Source of the DNA: Eledone cirrhosa | Lineage: Eukaryota | Reading direction: 5' to 3' | Length of the DNA: 64,000 nt | Assembly (NCBI GenBank): GCA_964016885.1 | Contig: OZ024741.1 | Span: forward strand, 19,406,001 to 19,470,000 | Shown here: positions 14,536 to 26,903 of the stretch, one piece after another | How positions within the stretch are numbered: position 1 is the stretch's first letter | Layout of the letters: each line of letters starts with the position of its first letter | The notes under the pieces: generated by a model | Databases searched by the model: none | Told to the model about the DNA's origin: nothing | What the model saw: only the letters and a program-made list of their open reading frames with translations | Translations under genes and position numbers: made by a program

Positions 14536-14897
14536 ATGTATTTATTGCCGATTGCGTGTAGTAGATGATGAGGAATGAAATAAGGAGGAAGCGGAAATGG
14601 AGAGGAAGAAGATTGTGAAGGAAGATGAATGAATATAAATTGAGGGACAATGTAGGAAAACCGGAAGATGGAAAACTGGAAATAAAATACAAATAAATGT
14701 ATTTAAATATCAATAAAAAATGGAAAATTGCAGAAAATTGAGATCTTTGGAAAACAATTAACTATTTAGGGGAAAGAGAAGAAGAAGAAGAAGAAGAAGA
14801 AGAAGAAGAAGAAGAAGAAGAAGAAGAAGAAGGAATATGAAAAGAGTCATGACCCCGCCGACGGCTGAGCTTCGGCCGGTTACACAGCGAGATCCGA

Positions 14898-14949
<52 letters not shown>

Positions 14950-15294
14950 TAATAAGGTAATGAATTCTTTTACAATGGAATCAGCTCGAATGAGGAAAAA
15001 TATCCCCTGAGCAGTGTATAAATTAATATGTATGTGATGAAACACAGATACCAACACATCTGTATATATATTGCAAAAGAAAAATTTAGCCAGATTGAAG
15101 TATACTAATTATTATACTACAGTTTGTCCATATCGATTTAAAATAATAAATCAACGGAGACGAACTGTATTGCCAAGAGGCCGTGATGTTTAGACACATT
15201 TACATTTCAAAATCAAACCTGTTCCGTAGATAAGTTTAGACTTTAAGATCCAAATATGTTTCGAGTTAAATAAGTGTAGGAATATCATGTCCCG

Positions 15295-15347
<53 letters not shown>

Positions 15348-15350
<3 letters not shown>

Positions 15351-15511
15351 AACAACGTTTCATTCAATTAACGTGTATGTGCTACCATTGGTTTCGAGGT
15401 CCAGTCATGGTCACCACTGTATCATGGAGGAGGTACTTTTAAACTGACCCTTCATTCGAGCACGTGCACAATGGTAGCACATACATGTTAAGTGTATGAA
15501 ACTTTGTTTAT
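15348..15511 (-). mobile_element. Short inverted-arm element with degenerate hammerhead motif (15379-15463)
   Basis: Arms ..TTAACGTGTATGTGCTACCATTG / CAATGGTAGCACATACATGTTAA..; minus strand reads GTGCT-CGAATGA-AGGGTCAG..CTGGACCTC-GAAA-CCAATGGT-AGCAC. Confidence 0.55.
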
Positions 15512-15584
15512 ACTAAATAAGCTCTCTTCCAACAGATTCAGCCCTGTCTTCCTTGATCTTTTATCTATCAGTTTCTACCACCGC

Positions 15585-15661
<77 letters not shown>

Positions 15662-15709
15662 TAAAATAAAATAAATAAGTCAAATATTTACAATTTGGGT
15701 TCGTTTATT

Positions 15710-15764
15710 ACTGCTATATATATTTCAGTGACAGCCATCTTTGGCTGTGACCTCTTCAGGCAGT
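15710..15764 (-). ncRNA. Intact minimal type I hammerhead ribozyme motif
   Basis: ACUGC-CUGAAGA-GGUCACAGCCA-AAGA-UGGCUGUCACU-GAAA-UAUAUA-UA-GCAGU, immediately followed by AAUAAA. Confidence 0.85.
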
Positions 15765-15778
15765 CCGAATTATACTCA

Positions 15779-15838
<60 letters not shown>

Positions 15839-15842
<4 letters not shown>

Positions 15843-16215
15843 CACATAAGAAACGGAGAATCAGTGGTGCAACGAATTAAAATTTATTAGACATATTACA
15901 ATCGTTTCTCTGGCGACCAGCTCGAGGCACGATCGATGTAATGATCGAACCTGACTCTGAAATTGCAAGGTCCTCAGATACGTCTGGATTCTTCGAACCA
16001 GAGTTTCGCAGAATCCAGACCTTGCAATTTCAGAGTCAGGTTCGATCATTACATCGATCGTGCCTCGAGCTGGTCGCCAGAGAAACGATTGTAATATGTC
16101 TAATAAATTTTAATTCATCGCACCACTGATTCTCAGTTTCTTATGTGATATCATACTCTGCTCTGTAAGTGCTCAAACGGCCTACCGCTTACGGACGCTT
16201 TAAGCATCCCACACC

Positions 16216-16219
<4 letters not shown>
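15839..16219 (-). mobile_element. Family-X palindromic element with extended-stem-II hammerhead (15892-15982) and one-sided tail (16152-16219)
   Basis: ~130-bp inverted arms; minus strand CGUAU-CUGAGGA-[62 nt]-GAAA-CGAUUG-UA-AUAUG; tail homologous to 12052-12113. Confidence 0.8.
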
Positions 16220-16277
<58 letters not shown>

Positions 16278-16279
<2 letters not shown>

Positions 16280-16468
16280 CGAAGGAAGTGTGGTAAGGAA
16301 CCAGGTGGACCATAATAACGCACCAGATTACTCGATACTAGGTAGTAGAGTGGGTAATAGGAAAAGAGTCAGGACCCCGACGGCTGTTTCGACAGTTAGC
16401 TTTGAACTCAGACCTAACTGTCGAAAGGCCGGAGCTCAGCCGTCGGAGTCCTGACTCTTTTCCCTTTT

Positions 16469-16471
<3 letters not shown>
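16278..16471 (+). mobile_element. Family-B hairpin/tail element, diverged variant
   Basis: Same tail and GACCCCGACGGCTG..CAGCCGTCGGAGTCC arms; long (TA)n on both sides. Confidence 0.8.
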
Positions 16472-16536
<65 letters not shown>

Positions 16537-16755
16537 TATATGCATATGTATTTGTAATTAGTCTACCTTCACAAAAGCCGTTTACGAAGTCTTTTCCGAT
16601 ATAACGTACAGCAATGGCGTCTATTGAAAAAGCGACCTCTCTTTGATGTTGGCTGTATTGTAAATGGCTTTTCTCGTTGATAATCAATCCTGTAGTTTTA
16701 TGCTGTTGTAACACTAGTAGCGACAGACATTACCGTTTGCTGGCAGCTTCTAGGT

Positions 16756-16850
<95 letters not shown>

Positions 16851-17465
16851 ACACACATGTATATGTAGATTCTTATAATGAACTTAACCAAATTCTCTCA
16901 GCTCGGCTTAAACCAACAATTTCACAAAGAAATGTAATCGTAATCGAAACTCCCATGTGACAAATAAGATAATAATTTCTAATTTGTGGAAAAAAATATT
17001 AATAAAAAAACGCAACAAATTTAAAAGAAAACCGAGTGTCGAGAAAGATGGCTACGAATTGATTAAAATCTCGCTAATCAGGTGACATGCTGATTAGACG
17101 TAGTATAGATTTTGTGACTCTATCAGATCTAGTGTAATGTTAGTAGAAGTTTGACGAGAGTTCTCATCTCAGGTTATAGTTTCTCACCTTCACAACATGG
17201 ATTGCTATAAATTTTCATCAAGAATTTTCGTGTTTGTTTTATTTTATTTTCACCGTCAGTACTACTCGCATTTCTGACTGCTCATGCGCAATGAACACTA
17301 AACGTTTAACAGAGGAAGATAAACTGTGGGCAGTGAGAATTGACAATGATAAATGCCAACATAAATTGCGAGTAAATGGAGCTTCGCCTTTTTCCATGAG
17401 GAATATTAAAGTTGTTCTATCTACTGAACATGTTAAATTATAGTGAAACTAACTGAATATTTCAC

Positions 17466-17851
17466 AAACACGTGTATCGTTAACGTAGTTCTCATGGAGC
17501 ATCAAGACACAGTTTGTGACAAGGTTGGATGTTTTAATTACACGCAGAGTAGTGGCACTCCGTCAGTTACGACGACGAGTGTTCCAATTGATTCGATCAA
17601 CGGGACAACCTGCTTGTGAAATTAACGAGCAAGTGGCTGATCATTCCATAAACATGCGTTCCCTTAACGTAGTTCTCAGGGAGATTCAGCGTGATAAGGC
17701 TGGCCCTTTGAATTACAGGTACAACTTATTTTTGCCAGCTGGGTGGACTGGAGTAATGTGAAATAAAGGACACAGCTCACCACCGGGACTCGAACTCATT
17801 ACCTTAATATCTTGAGTCGGTTACCCTAACCACAAAGCTCCGCGCCTTCAC
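17466..17851 (-). mobile_element. tRNA-derived SINE, family 2
   Basis: Minus strand GAAGGCGCGGAGCTTTGTGGTTAGGG (A box) and GAGTTCGAGTCCC (B box); body shared with copies at ~17.9, 21.3, 35.4, 36.9, 48.7 and 61.6 kb. Confidence 0.8.
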
Positions 17852-18995
17852 AGTTCAACATATAGTGTAAGTAGGTGAGTATTCCAGATACACTTGCATC
17901 CTTAAAGTTGTTCTTAGGTAGAATTAATGTGACAGAGGATGTAATAACGCGCGAGCTTTTAATTACAAGTGTAATAAATACGACATTTTCACCCACATGG
18001 CCTAGAGTAACCCGACGTTAGAGTAAAACACGTTGCCCAAGATGCCAAGCAGTGGATTGAACTCGTGATCTGGTAGTTGAGAATCCAACATTAGGTAATG
18101 CCTGACACAGCGTAAAAGTTTCAGATATATATTACGCCAAAATTTATACAAAATATTTTTATTTAAACACAGGAGAAAAAAAAAAGGGACGAATTGAGAG
18201 AGGGTAAATTCTACACCCTTGACTAGAAGGGATATTGCAACTGCGTCCCTCAGACAAGAGGGCGAAAGTGTTACCATGGAATAAAGCCAGTGATACCCTA
18301 CAAAAATAAGTCAAATGAAAATATAGACATTTTATGAAGTATTTTATCCAATGCTCCACCGATTCTGCCAATCCTAAATCCTAGTCATAGTAAATATCAA
18401 GTGGTGAACGTTAAACGGTCAAAGTTAACACCGTTATGGGCAATGTAAACTCAGGGTAGAGGTTTTAGTTCTGTGGTGAATCTGACCAGACAGTGCTGCA
18501 TGTTGTTCAGGATTGCCCTCCTCAGACGTTTTCCTGGTGGTCTGGAGACTATCTATAATGCTGCGAATGTCACCCTGGTCTGGCTTGCTGGTCTTCACCT
18601 GCCTCTCTAACTATTGTACATACGTCATACTACTAGGCGCTGAGCTGGCCAGCCGCAAGTCTGAGCCTCGCGAGTTGGAGTGGCTTTTCCAGCGCGTCCC
18701 TTGCCGTCCTCCGGAGAAACACCTTCTCCATTCTGCCCGCCGGGGCTGAGGGGAGACAAGCCGATTATATTACGAATTCTATTGAATAGTCTTAAATACG
18801 TTTACCTAAGATGAAGTCTTTGTGGATCTTTCTTTCTAGAAGAAGTTCTGTGTTAGACCAAATCATCAAATGAAAATAAATCATGTGTGTTTCTATGTGA
18901 AGCTAAGTCAGCCTTGATAAAAAAGAACTGATTCGCAACATAATTCTGGATATTGAGCTTATCACAATATTCTTCCTTATATACAGCAGACTGCA

Positions 18996-19092
<97 letters not shown>

Positions 19093-19277
19093 CCTTCATA
19101 TATGAGTTACTAAGTCGCCATTTTCCTGTGTGCTTGTGTGTCTCTTTCTCTATAACTGTGATTCTCATCTCTTCAATTTACCGTGGACGTTTATGTATGC
19201 ATCATTGTGTCTGTGTGTCTCCTTTCTTTTGTTTATCTTCCCTCTCTCTATATATATACACACTCACACACACACAA

Positions 19278-19310
<33 letters not shown>

Positions 19311-19871
19311 TGCCCACACATACATGCACACACATACACACACACATGCCCAAACAAGTACATACTCTCCTCACAAAGCGAACATTCTTCCCAAATCGTT
19401 CCTTGCAAATCCAAGGTAATATTGTAATTATAGGTTAGGGAGCTGCCACAACTGATAGTAGATGAAATGGAGTTTACCACACGACATATTAAGATAGTTT
19501 AATCCCTGAGATTAGTCAGTAGAGCATCCAAACTCTACGTAAAATCTGATGGACATTTCAGGATTAGTAATGAATGATTTGGTGTCCAGCTGGACAGGGC
19601 TGGAGGCGTGATAGTGGTGTAGCACTATATTAACACAACCAAAAGACAACAAAACAAAAAACAATAGATTGTGTGTTTAGCGTGTTCTTAAAGGGCCGGA
19701 CATACTCCCTTACAGGACACAGTCTCAGAAATAAGGTGTTGATACCCACTCTGATAGGATCAAGATGATGATGATTGTAATGAGGGTAATGAGGATGGTA
19801 ATGATGATGATGTATTTTTGCAGTTTCAATCCGTCTGTCCCTCGAATTACACAGGCGTAACGGTTTTCACA

Positions 19872-19908
<37 letters not shown>

Positions 19909-20061
19909 GTACTGAAGCACATACACACGCTCACTCATATATACATATATACACACATACATACACGCACACGCACACATATATATACAAACATAAATTT
20001 ATAGATATACATGTGTACAGGAAAATACAATGAATTTTCTTATTTCACATGTATATGATAA

Positions 20062-20140
<79 letters not shown>

Positions 20141-20170
20141 CTACAGAGGTAAGGAAAACAGAGAGATTGG

Positions 20171-20209
<39 letters not shown>

Positions 20210-20492
20210 TGAAAATCACGCATTAGAGACGTTTGAATGGACATAAACATATACACGCATAAACATTTCATAATTTCACTCTCATATGCATAATCATAGC
20301 CATACTTATATACACACACATATACATATACACACAAAGAAATACGCAACTATATAAACACATATGTAGGTTTAAATGGTTCGATACCCAGAGCGAGGAG
20401 GTATCAATTTATAGACATGTGACGTAAATAGCGATTGATATTTCACAATTGATAAGGTGAAAACAGTTTGTAAACTGTAACCCACCCAAAAC

Positions 20493-20536
<44 letters not shown>

Positions 20537-20612
20537 TTACGGCAAATATTGATGCAGTTCAAATCAAGCACTCGACGCATTATTTCGATATAGGAAAACG
20601 GAGTATATTTAG

Positions 20613-20664
20613 AATGAGAAAATGCGAAGTAGTTTCAGATGTTAAAGTCCTTAGGCATTTTCTC

Positions 20665-20667
<3 letters not shown>
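20613..20667 (-). ncRNA. Degenerate minimal hammerhead-like motif
   Basis: AAUGAGAAAAUGC-CUAAGGA-CUUUAACAUCU-GAAA-CUACU-UC-GCAUUUUCUCAUU: 13-bp stem I, core one change from CUGANGA, stem II eroded. Confidence 0.45.
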
Positions 20668-20713
<46 letters not shown>

Positions 20714-20859
20714 GTATATATACATACATATACACACACACTCGCGCATGCACACACTCATATATCTATATGCATTTTATTTATGTATGAATATATGGTA
20801 TATATATATACACATATTCATACATACCTACATGCACATATATGGACATACTTACATGC

Positions 20860-20896
<37 letters not shown>

Positions 20897-20981
20897 CATA
20901 TATACATATATATATGTATATATATAGATGTAGATATACATACATGTATAAGCGCTGCTTTAAAGAAATATATATGCTCAC

Positions 20982-21122
20982 CCTCGCCATAGTCTTTTTT
21001 ACAAACACTGCCATCAAATTGTGTTAAAGTGTACTGCGGCATCTCAATACTTTTATCAACCACCACAGGTTTTTGCGACCCCCCTATCCATTGAAAGATG
21101 ACATTTTCGGCACTGTAGCTGT
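20982..21122 (-). CDS. Cys-loop ion channel subunit, coding exon 6 (loop B end, loop F, start of loop C)
   Basis: TTTCTCTTTGCAG|..|GTGAGC; 141 nt, phase 1/1; (Y)SYSAENVIFQWIGGSQKPVVVDKSIEMPQYTLTQFDGSVCKKDYGE aligns with GlyR FGYTMNDLIFEW..LPQF..CTKHY. Confidence 0.93.
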
Positions 21123-21264
21123 CTGCAAAGAGAAATAAATGTCTCGCATGAACGATGGTGACGTAGGGGGTCTGGTGAAAAGGGAAGAATCTTGAAGAGC
21201 CCTATATCAAAGAAATAGAATAGCACAGGAATGTGAATTGTGTGAGGAAATAGCCGACTTCAAT

Positions 21265-21620
21265 ACGTTAATTTGTTACATCTCCATCGCTTTCGACAAT
21301 GAGTGTTCCAGTTCTTTGACCAACTGAACGGCCTGCTTGTGAAATTAACTTGCAGGAGGCTGAGCATTCCAGTGGCACATGCACTCTTAATCAGGGAGAT
21401 TCAGTCTTCCATAATGTGTGACAATATTGAGTCCTTTGAATACAGACAGAGTCCGGCCAATGGTCTTCCAAACAGTTTCTCTCTCCAGTTTCACACATAG
21501 GGCTGAGGTTAATCTGAGGCTATGATAAATGACTCAAAATGCCAGCTTGTGGTATCAAATCTATATCCTAATGATTGCCAAGTGATCTCCTTAAAAAATT
21601 CAGCCATTTTGTGTGCCACC
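21265..21620 (-). mobile_element. Degenerate SINE (family-2 related)
   Basis: Shares GAGTGTTCCAGTT..CCTGCTTGTGAAATTAAC..CAGGGAGATTCAG blocks with 17466-17851. Confidence 0.6.
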
Positions 21621-21837
21621 TTACACACTTTGTCATGTTGAATGTCCAAGAGAATTACCTTATGGTTGATAGAACAACTGGATCATTCATCGTCGAAACT
21701 GACGGAGGCGTGTTACGAAACTTTCCTTTGATCTTCTAAAACAATGTTTCCCAAAGTAGGCTCTGTTGAAAAACTGTCGGGGTACCACAAGATGAGGTGT
21801 ATTTTAATACAATTTAGGAAATATATGTTATTAATGA

Positions 21838-24800
21838 GGGTGGTGGATTGGCAGTATCGGTAGAGGGTCGGACGCCATGTTAGGGTGGTGGATTGGCAGT
21901 ATCGGTAGAGGGTCTGACGCTATGTTAGGGTGGTTGATTGGCAGTATTGGTAGAGGGTCGGACGCCATGTTAGGGTGGTGTATTGGCAGTATCGGTAGAG
22001 GGTCTGACGCCATGTTAGGGTGGTGGATTGGCAGTATCGGTAGAGGGTCTGACGCCATGTTAGGGTGGTGGATTGGTAGTATTGGTAGAGGGTCTGACGC
22101 CATGTTAGGGTGGTGGATTGGCAGTATTGGTAGAGGGTCGGACGCCATGTTAGGGTGGTGGATTGGCAGTATCGGTAGAGGGTCTGACGCCATGTTAGGG
22201 TGGTGGATTGGCAGTATCGGTAGAGGGTCTGACGCCATGTTAGGGTGGTGGATTGGTAGTATTGGTAGAGGGTCGGACGCCATGTTAGGGTGGTGGATTG
22301 GCAGTATTGGTAGAGGGTCGGACGCCATGTTAGGGTGGTGGATTGGCAGTATTGGTAGAGGGTCTGACGCTATGCTAGGGTGGTGGATTGGCAGTATTGG
22401 TAGAGGGTCGGACGCCATGTTAGGGTGGTGGATTGGCAGTATCGGTAGAGGGTCTGACGCCATGTTAGGGTGGTGGATTGGCAGTATCGGTAGAGGGTCG
22501 GACGCCATGTTAGGGTGGTGGATTGGTAGTATTGGTAGAGGGTCTGACGCCATGTTAGGGTGGTGGATTGGCAGTATTGGTAGAGGGTCGGACGCCATGT
22601 TAGGGTGGTGGATTGGCAGTATTGGTAGAGGGTCTGACGCCATGTTAGGGTGGTGGATTGGCAGTATTGGTAGAGGGTCTGACGCTATGCTAGGGTGGTG
22701 GATTGGCAGTATTGGTAGAGGGTCGGACGCCATGTTAGGGTGGTGGATTGGCAGTATCGGTAGAGGGTCTGACGCCATGTTAGGGTGGTGGATTGGCAGT
22801 ATCGGTAGAGGGTCTGACGCCATGTTAGGGTGGTGGATTGGCAGTATCGGTAGAGGGTCTGACGCCATGTTAGGGTGGTGGATTGGCAGTATTGGTAGAG
22901 GGTCGGACGCCATGCTAGGGTGGTGGATTGGCAGTATCGGTAGAGGGTCTGACGCCATGTTAGGGTGGTGGATTGGCAGTATCGGTAGAGGGTCGGACGC
23001 CATGCTAGGGTGGTGGATTGGCAGTATCGGTAGAGGGTCTGACGCCATGTTAGGGTGGTGGATTGGCAGTATCGGTAGAGGGTCTGACGCCATGTTAGGG
23101 TGGTGGATTGGCAGTATTGGTAGAGGGTCCGACGCCATGTTAGGGTGGTGGATTGGTAGTATTGGTAGAGGGTCTGACGCTATGCTAGGGTGGTGGATTG
23201 GCAGTATTGGTAGAGGGTCGGACGCCATGTTAGGGTGGTGGATTGGCAGTATCGGTAGAGGGTCTGACGCCATGTTAGGGTGGTGGATTGGCAGTATCGG
23301 TAGAGGGTCTGACGCCATGTTAGGGTGGTGGATTGGCAGTATTGGTAGAGGGTCTGACGCCATGTTAGGGTGGTGGATTGGCAGTATTGGTAGAGGGTCT
23401 GACGCCATGTTAGGGTGGTGGATTAGCAGTATCGGTAGAGGGTCTGACGCCATGTTAGGGTGGTGGATTGGCAGTATCGGTAGAGGGTCTGACGCCATGT
23501 TAGGGTGGTGGATTGGCAGTATCGGTAGAGGGTCTGACGCCATGTTAGGGTGGTGGATTGGCAGTATCGGTAGAGGGTCTGTCGCCATGTTAGGGTGGTG
23601 GATTGGCAGTATCGGTAGAGGGTCTGACGCCATGTTAGGGTGGTGGATTGGCAGTATCGGTGGAGGGTCTGACGCCATGTTAGGGTGGTGGATTGGCAGT
23701 ATCGGTAGAGGGTCTGACGCCATGTTAGGGTGGTGGATTGGCAGTATCGGTGGAGGGTCTGACGCCATGTTAGGGTGGTGGATTGGCAGTATCGGTAGAG
23801 GGTCTGACGCCATGTTAGGGTGGTGGATTGGCAGTATCGGTAGAGGGTCTGATGCCATGTTAGGGTGGTGGATTGGCAGTATCGGTGGAGGGTCAGACGC
23901 CATGTTAGGGTGGTGGATTGGCAGTATCGGTAGAGTGTCTGACGCCATGTTAGGGTGGTGGATTGGCAGTACGGGTAGAGGGTCTGACGCCATGCTAGGG
24001 TGGTGTATTGGCAGTATCGGTAGAGGGTCTGACGCCATGTTAGGGTGGTGGATTGGCAGTATCGGTAGAGGGTCTGATGCCATGTTAGGGTGGTGGATTG
24101 GCAGTATCGGTGGAGGGTCAGACGCCATGTTAGGGTGGTGGATTGGCAGTATCGGTAGAGTGTCTGACGCCATGTTAGGGTGGTGGATTGGCAGTATCGG
24201 TAGAGGATCGGACGCCATGTTAGGGTGGTGGATTGGCAGTATTGGTAGAGTGTCTGACGCCATGTTAGGGTGGTGGATTGGCAGTATCGGTAGAGGGTCG
24301 GACGCCATGCTAGGGTGGTGGATTGGTAGTATTGGTAGAGGGTCTGACGCCATGCTAGGGTGGTGGATTGGCAGTATTGGTAGAGGGTCGGACGCCATGC
24401 TAGGGTGGTGGATTGGCAGTATCGGTAGAGGGTCTGACGCCATGTTAGGGTGGTGGATTGGCAGTATCGGTAGAGGGTCGGACGCCATGTTAGGGTGGTG
24501 GATTGGCAGTATTGGTAGAGGGTCTGACGCCATGTTAGGGTGGTGGATTGGCAGTATCGGTAGAGGGTCGGACACCATGTTAGGGTGGTGGATTGGCAGT
24601 ATCGGTAGAGGGTCTGACGCCATGTTAGGGTGGTGGATTGGCAGTATCGGTAGAGGGTCTGACGCCATGTTAGGGTGGTGGATTGGCAGTATCGGTAGAG
24701 GGTCGGACGCCATGTTAGGGTGGTGGATTGGCAGCATTGGTAGAGGGTCGGACGCCATGCTAGGGTGGTGGATTGGCAGTATTGGTAGAGGGTCGGACGC

Positions 24801-26470
24801 CATGTTAGGGTGGTGGATTGGCAGTATCGGTAGAGGGTCGGACGCCATGCTAGGGTGGTGGATTGGCAGTATTGGTAGAAGGTCGGACGCCATGTTAGGG
24901 TGGTGGATTGGCAGTATTGGTAGAGGGTCGGACGCCATGTTAGGGTGGTGGATTGGCAGTATCGGTAGAGGGTCGGACGCCATGCTAGGGTGGTGGATTG
25001 GCAGTATTGGTAGAAGGTCGGACGCCATGTTAGGGTGGTGGATTGGCAGTATTGGTAGAGGGTCGGACGCCATGTTAGGGTGGTGGATTGGCAGTATTGG
25101 TAGAGGGTCGGACGCCATGCTAGGGTGGTGGATTGGCAGTATTAGTAGAGGGTCGGACGCCATGTTAGGGTGGGGGATTGGCAGTATTGTTAGAGGGTCG
25201 GACGCCATGTTAGGGTGGTGGATTGGCAGTATTGGTAGAGGGTCGGACGCCATGTTAGGGTGGGGGATTGGCAGTATTGTTAGAGGGTCGGACGCCATGT
25301 TAGGGTGGTGGATTGGCAGTATTGGTAGAGGGTCGGACGCCATGCTAGGGTGGTGGATTGGCAGTATTGGTAGAGGGTCGGACGCCATGTTAGGGTGGTG
25401 GATTGGTAGTATTGGTAGAGGGTCGGACGCCATGTTAGGGTGGGGGATTGGCAGTATTGGTAGAGGGTCGGACGCCATGTTAGGGTGGGGGATTGGCAGT
25501 ATTGGTAGAGGGTCGGACGCCATGTTAGGGTGGGGGATTGGCAGTATTGGTAGAGGGTCGGACACCATGTTAGGGTGGTGGATTGGCAGTATCGGTAGAG
25601 GGTCTGACGCCATGTTAGGGTGGTGGATTGGCAGTATCGGTAGAGGGTCTGACGCCATGTTAGGGTGGTGGATTGGCAGTATCGGTAGAGGGTCTGACGC
25701 CATGTTAGGGTGGTGGATTGGCAGTATCGGTAGAGGGTCGGACGCCATGTTAGGGTGGTGGATTGGCAGTATTGGTAGAGGGTCGGACGCCATGCTTGGG
25801 TGGTGGATTGGCAGTATTGGTAGAGGGTCGGACGCCATGTTAGGGTGGTGGATTGGCAGTATCGGTAGAGGGTCGGACGCCATGCTAGGGTGGTGGATTG
25901 GCAGTATTGGTAGAGGGTCGGACGCCATGTTAGGGTGGTGGATTGGCAGTATCGGTAGAGGGTCGGACGCCATGTTAGGGTGGTGGATTGGCAGTATTGG
26001 TAGAGGGTCGGACGCCATGCTAGGGTGGTGGATTGGCAGTATTGGTAGAGGGTCGGACGCCATGTTATGGTGGTGGATTGGTAGTATTGGTAGAGGGTCG
26101 GACGCCATGTTAGGGTGGGGGATTGGCAGTATTGGTAGAGGGTCGGACGCCATGTTAGGGTGGTGGATTGGCAGTATTGGTAGAGGGTCGGACGCCATGT
26201 TAGGGTGGGGGATTGGCAGTATTGGTAGAGGGTCGGACGCCATGTTAGGGTGGTGGATTGGCAGTATTGGTAGATCCGGACGCCATGCTAGGGTGGGGGA
26301 TTGACAGTATTGGTAGAGGGTCGGAAGCCATGTTAGGGTGGTGGATTGGCAGTATCGGTAGAGGGTCGGACGCCATGTTAGGGTGGTGGATTGGCAGTAT
26401 TGGTAGAGGGTCGGACGCCATGTTAGGGTGGTGGATTGGCAGTATTGGTAGAGGGTCGGACGCCATGCTA
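21838..26470 (+). repeat. 45-bp satellite (GGGTGGTGGATTGGCAGTATCGGTAGAGGGTCGGACGCCATGTTA)n, ~103 copies, derived from the family-1 SINE head
   Basis: Unit matches the reverse complement of the SINE 5' ends at ~51518-51559 and ~55010-55050, and the array runs directly into a SINE body. Confidence 0.97.
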
Positions 26471-26668
26471 GGGTGGTGGATTGGCAGTATTGGTAGAGCG
26501 TCGCACGCCATGCTTTGACGCAGTGTTACGGGCCTTTATGGTCTGAGTTCAAATCCCGTCAAGGTTAACTTTGCCTTTCATCCTTACGGGGTCTATAAAA
26601 TAAAGTACCAGTAATACACTGGGATAATTGCTGGCCTTGTGCCAAAAGTAGAAACAATTATGTTATTA
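26471..26668 (+). mobile_element. Full-length family-1 SINE terminating the 45-bp array
   Basis: Head, B box GAGTTCAAATCCC, core GCCTTTCATCCTTACGGGGTC..AAAATAAAGTACCAG, 3' end GGCCTTGTGCCAAAAGTAGAAACAATTAT. Confidence 0.92.
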
Positions 26669-26903
26669 ATTCTCTTTCCTTCACGATTCCTTTTTTACCA
26701 ATTAAACCGGCTATAACCGACAACTTATACCAACGTTAAGGTATTGTTCACAAAATAAATAATATCAAAATCTCATAGATTCGATATTATATGAGATAAT
26801 TGTATAAGATGTGAGGTAGGGCCTTTACTGCGGACATCCAATAGAACATATAGAGTAAGATAAATCGTAAAGTGTTAAGGTCTTATTAGGGTTAGAGTGG
26901 CGG

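Noticed and set aside
8574-14713. Ser/Gly-rich and Val-rich ORFs
   Set aside because: Trinucleotide microsatellite translations without non-repetitive coding context
16030-16075. SRP helix-8 or SECIS identity for the family-X insert (GUCAGGUUC)
   Set aside because: The partner strand lacks the SRP AGCA/GNRA arrangement and the SECIS UGA/GA quartet with apical AA
19725-19934. Hydrophobic ORF (YIIIITILITLITIIIILILSEWVS) as the missing M1 exon
   Set aside because: Derived from (ATC)n-like repeats; lacks the M1 proline, SFW and M2 motifs, and no fitting splice sites were found
21831-26518. 1470-1475-aa ORFs on both strands (MASDPLPILPIHHPN / MLGWWIGSIGRGSDA repeats)
   Set aside because: The 45-bp unit is a multiple of 3 and happens to lack stops; it is a SINE head inside an intron, not a protein repeat
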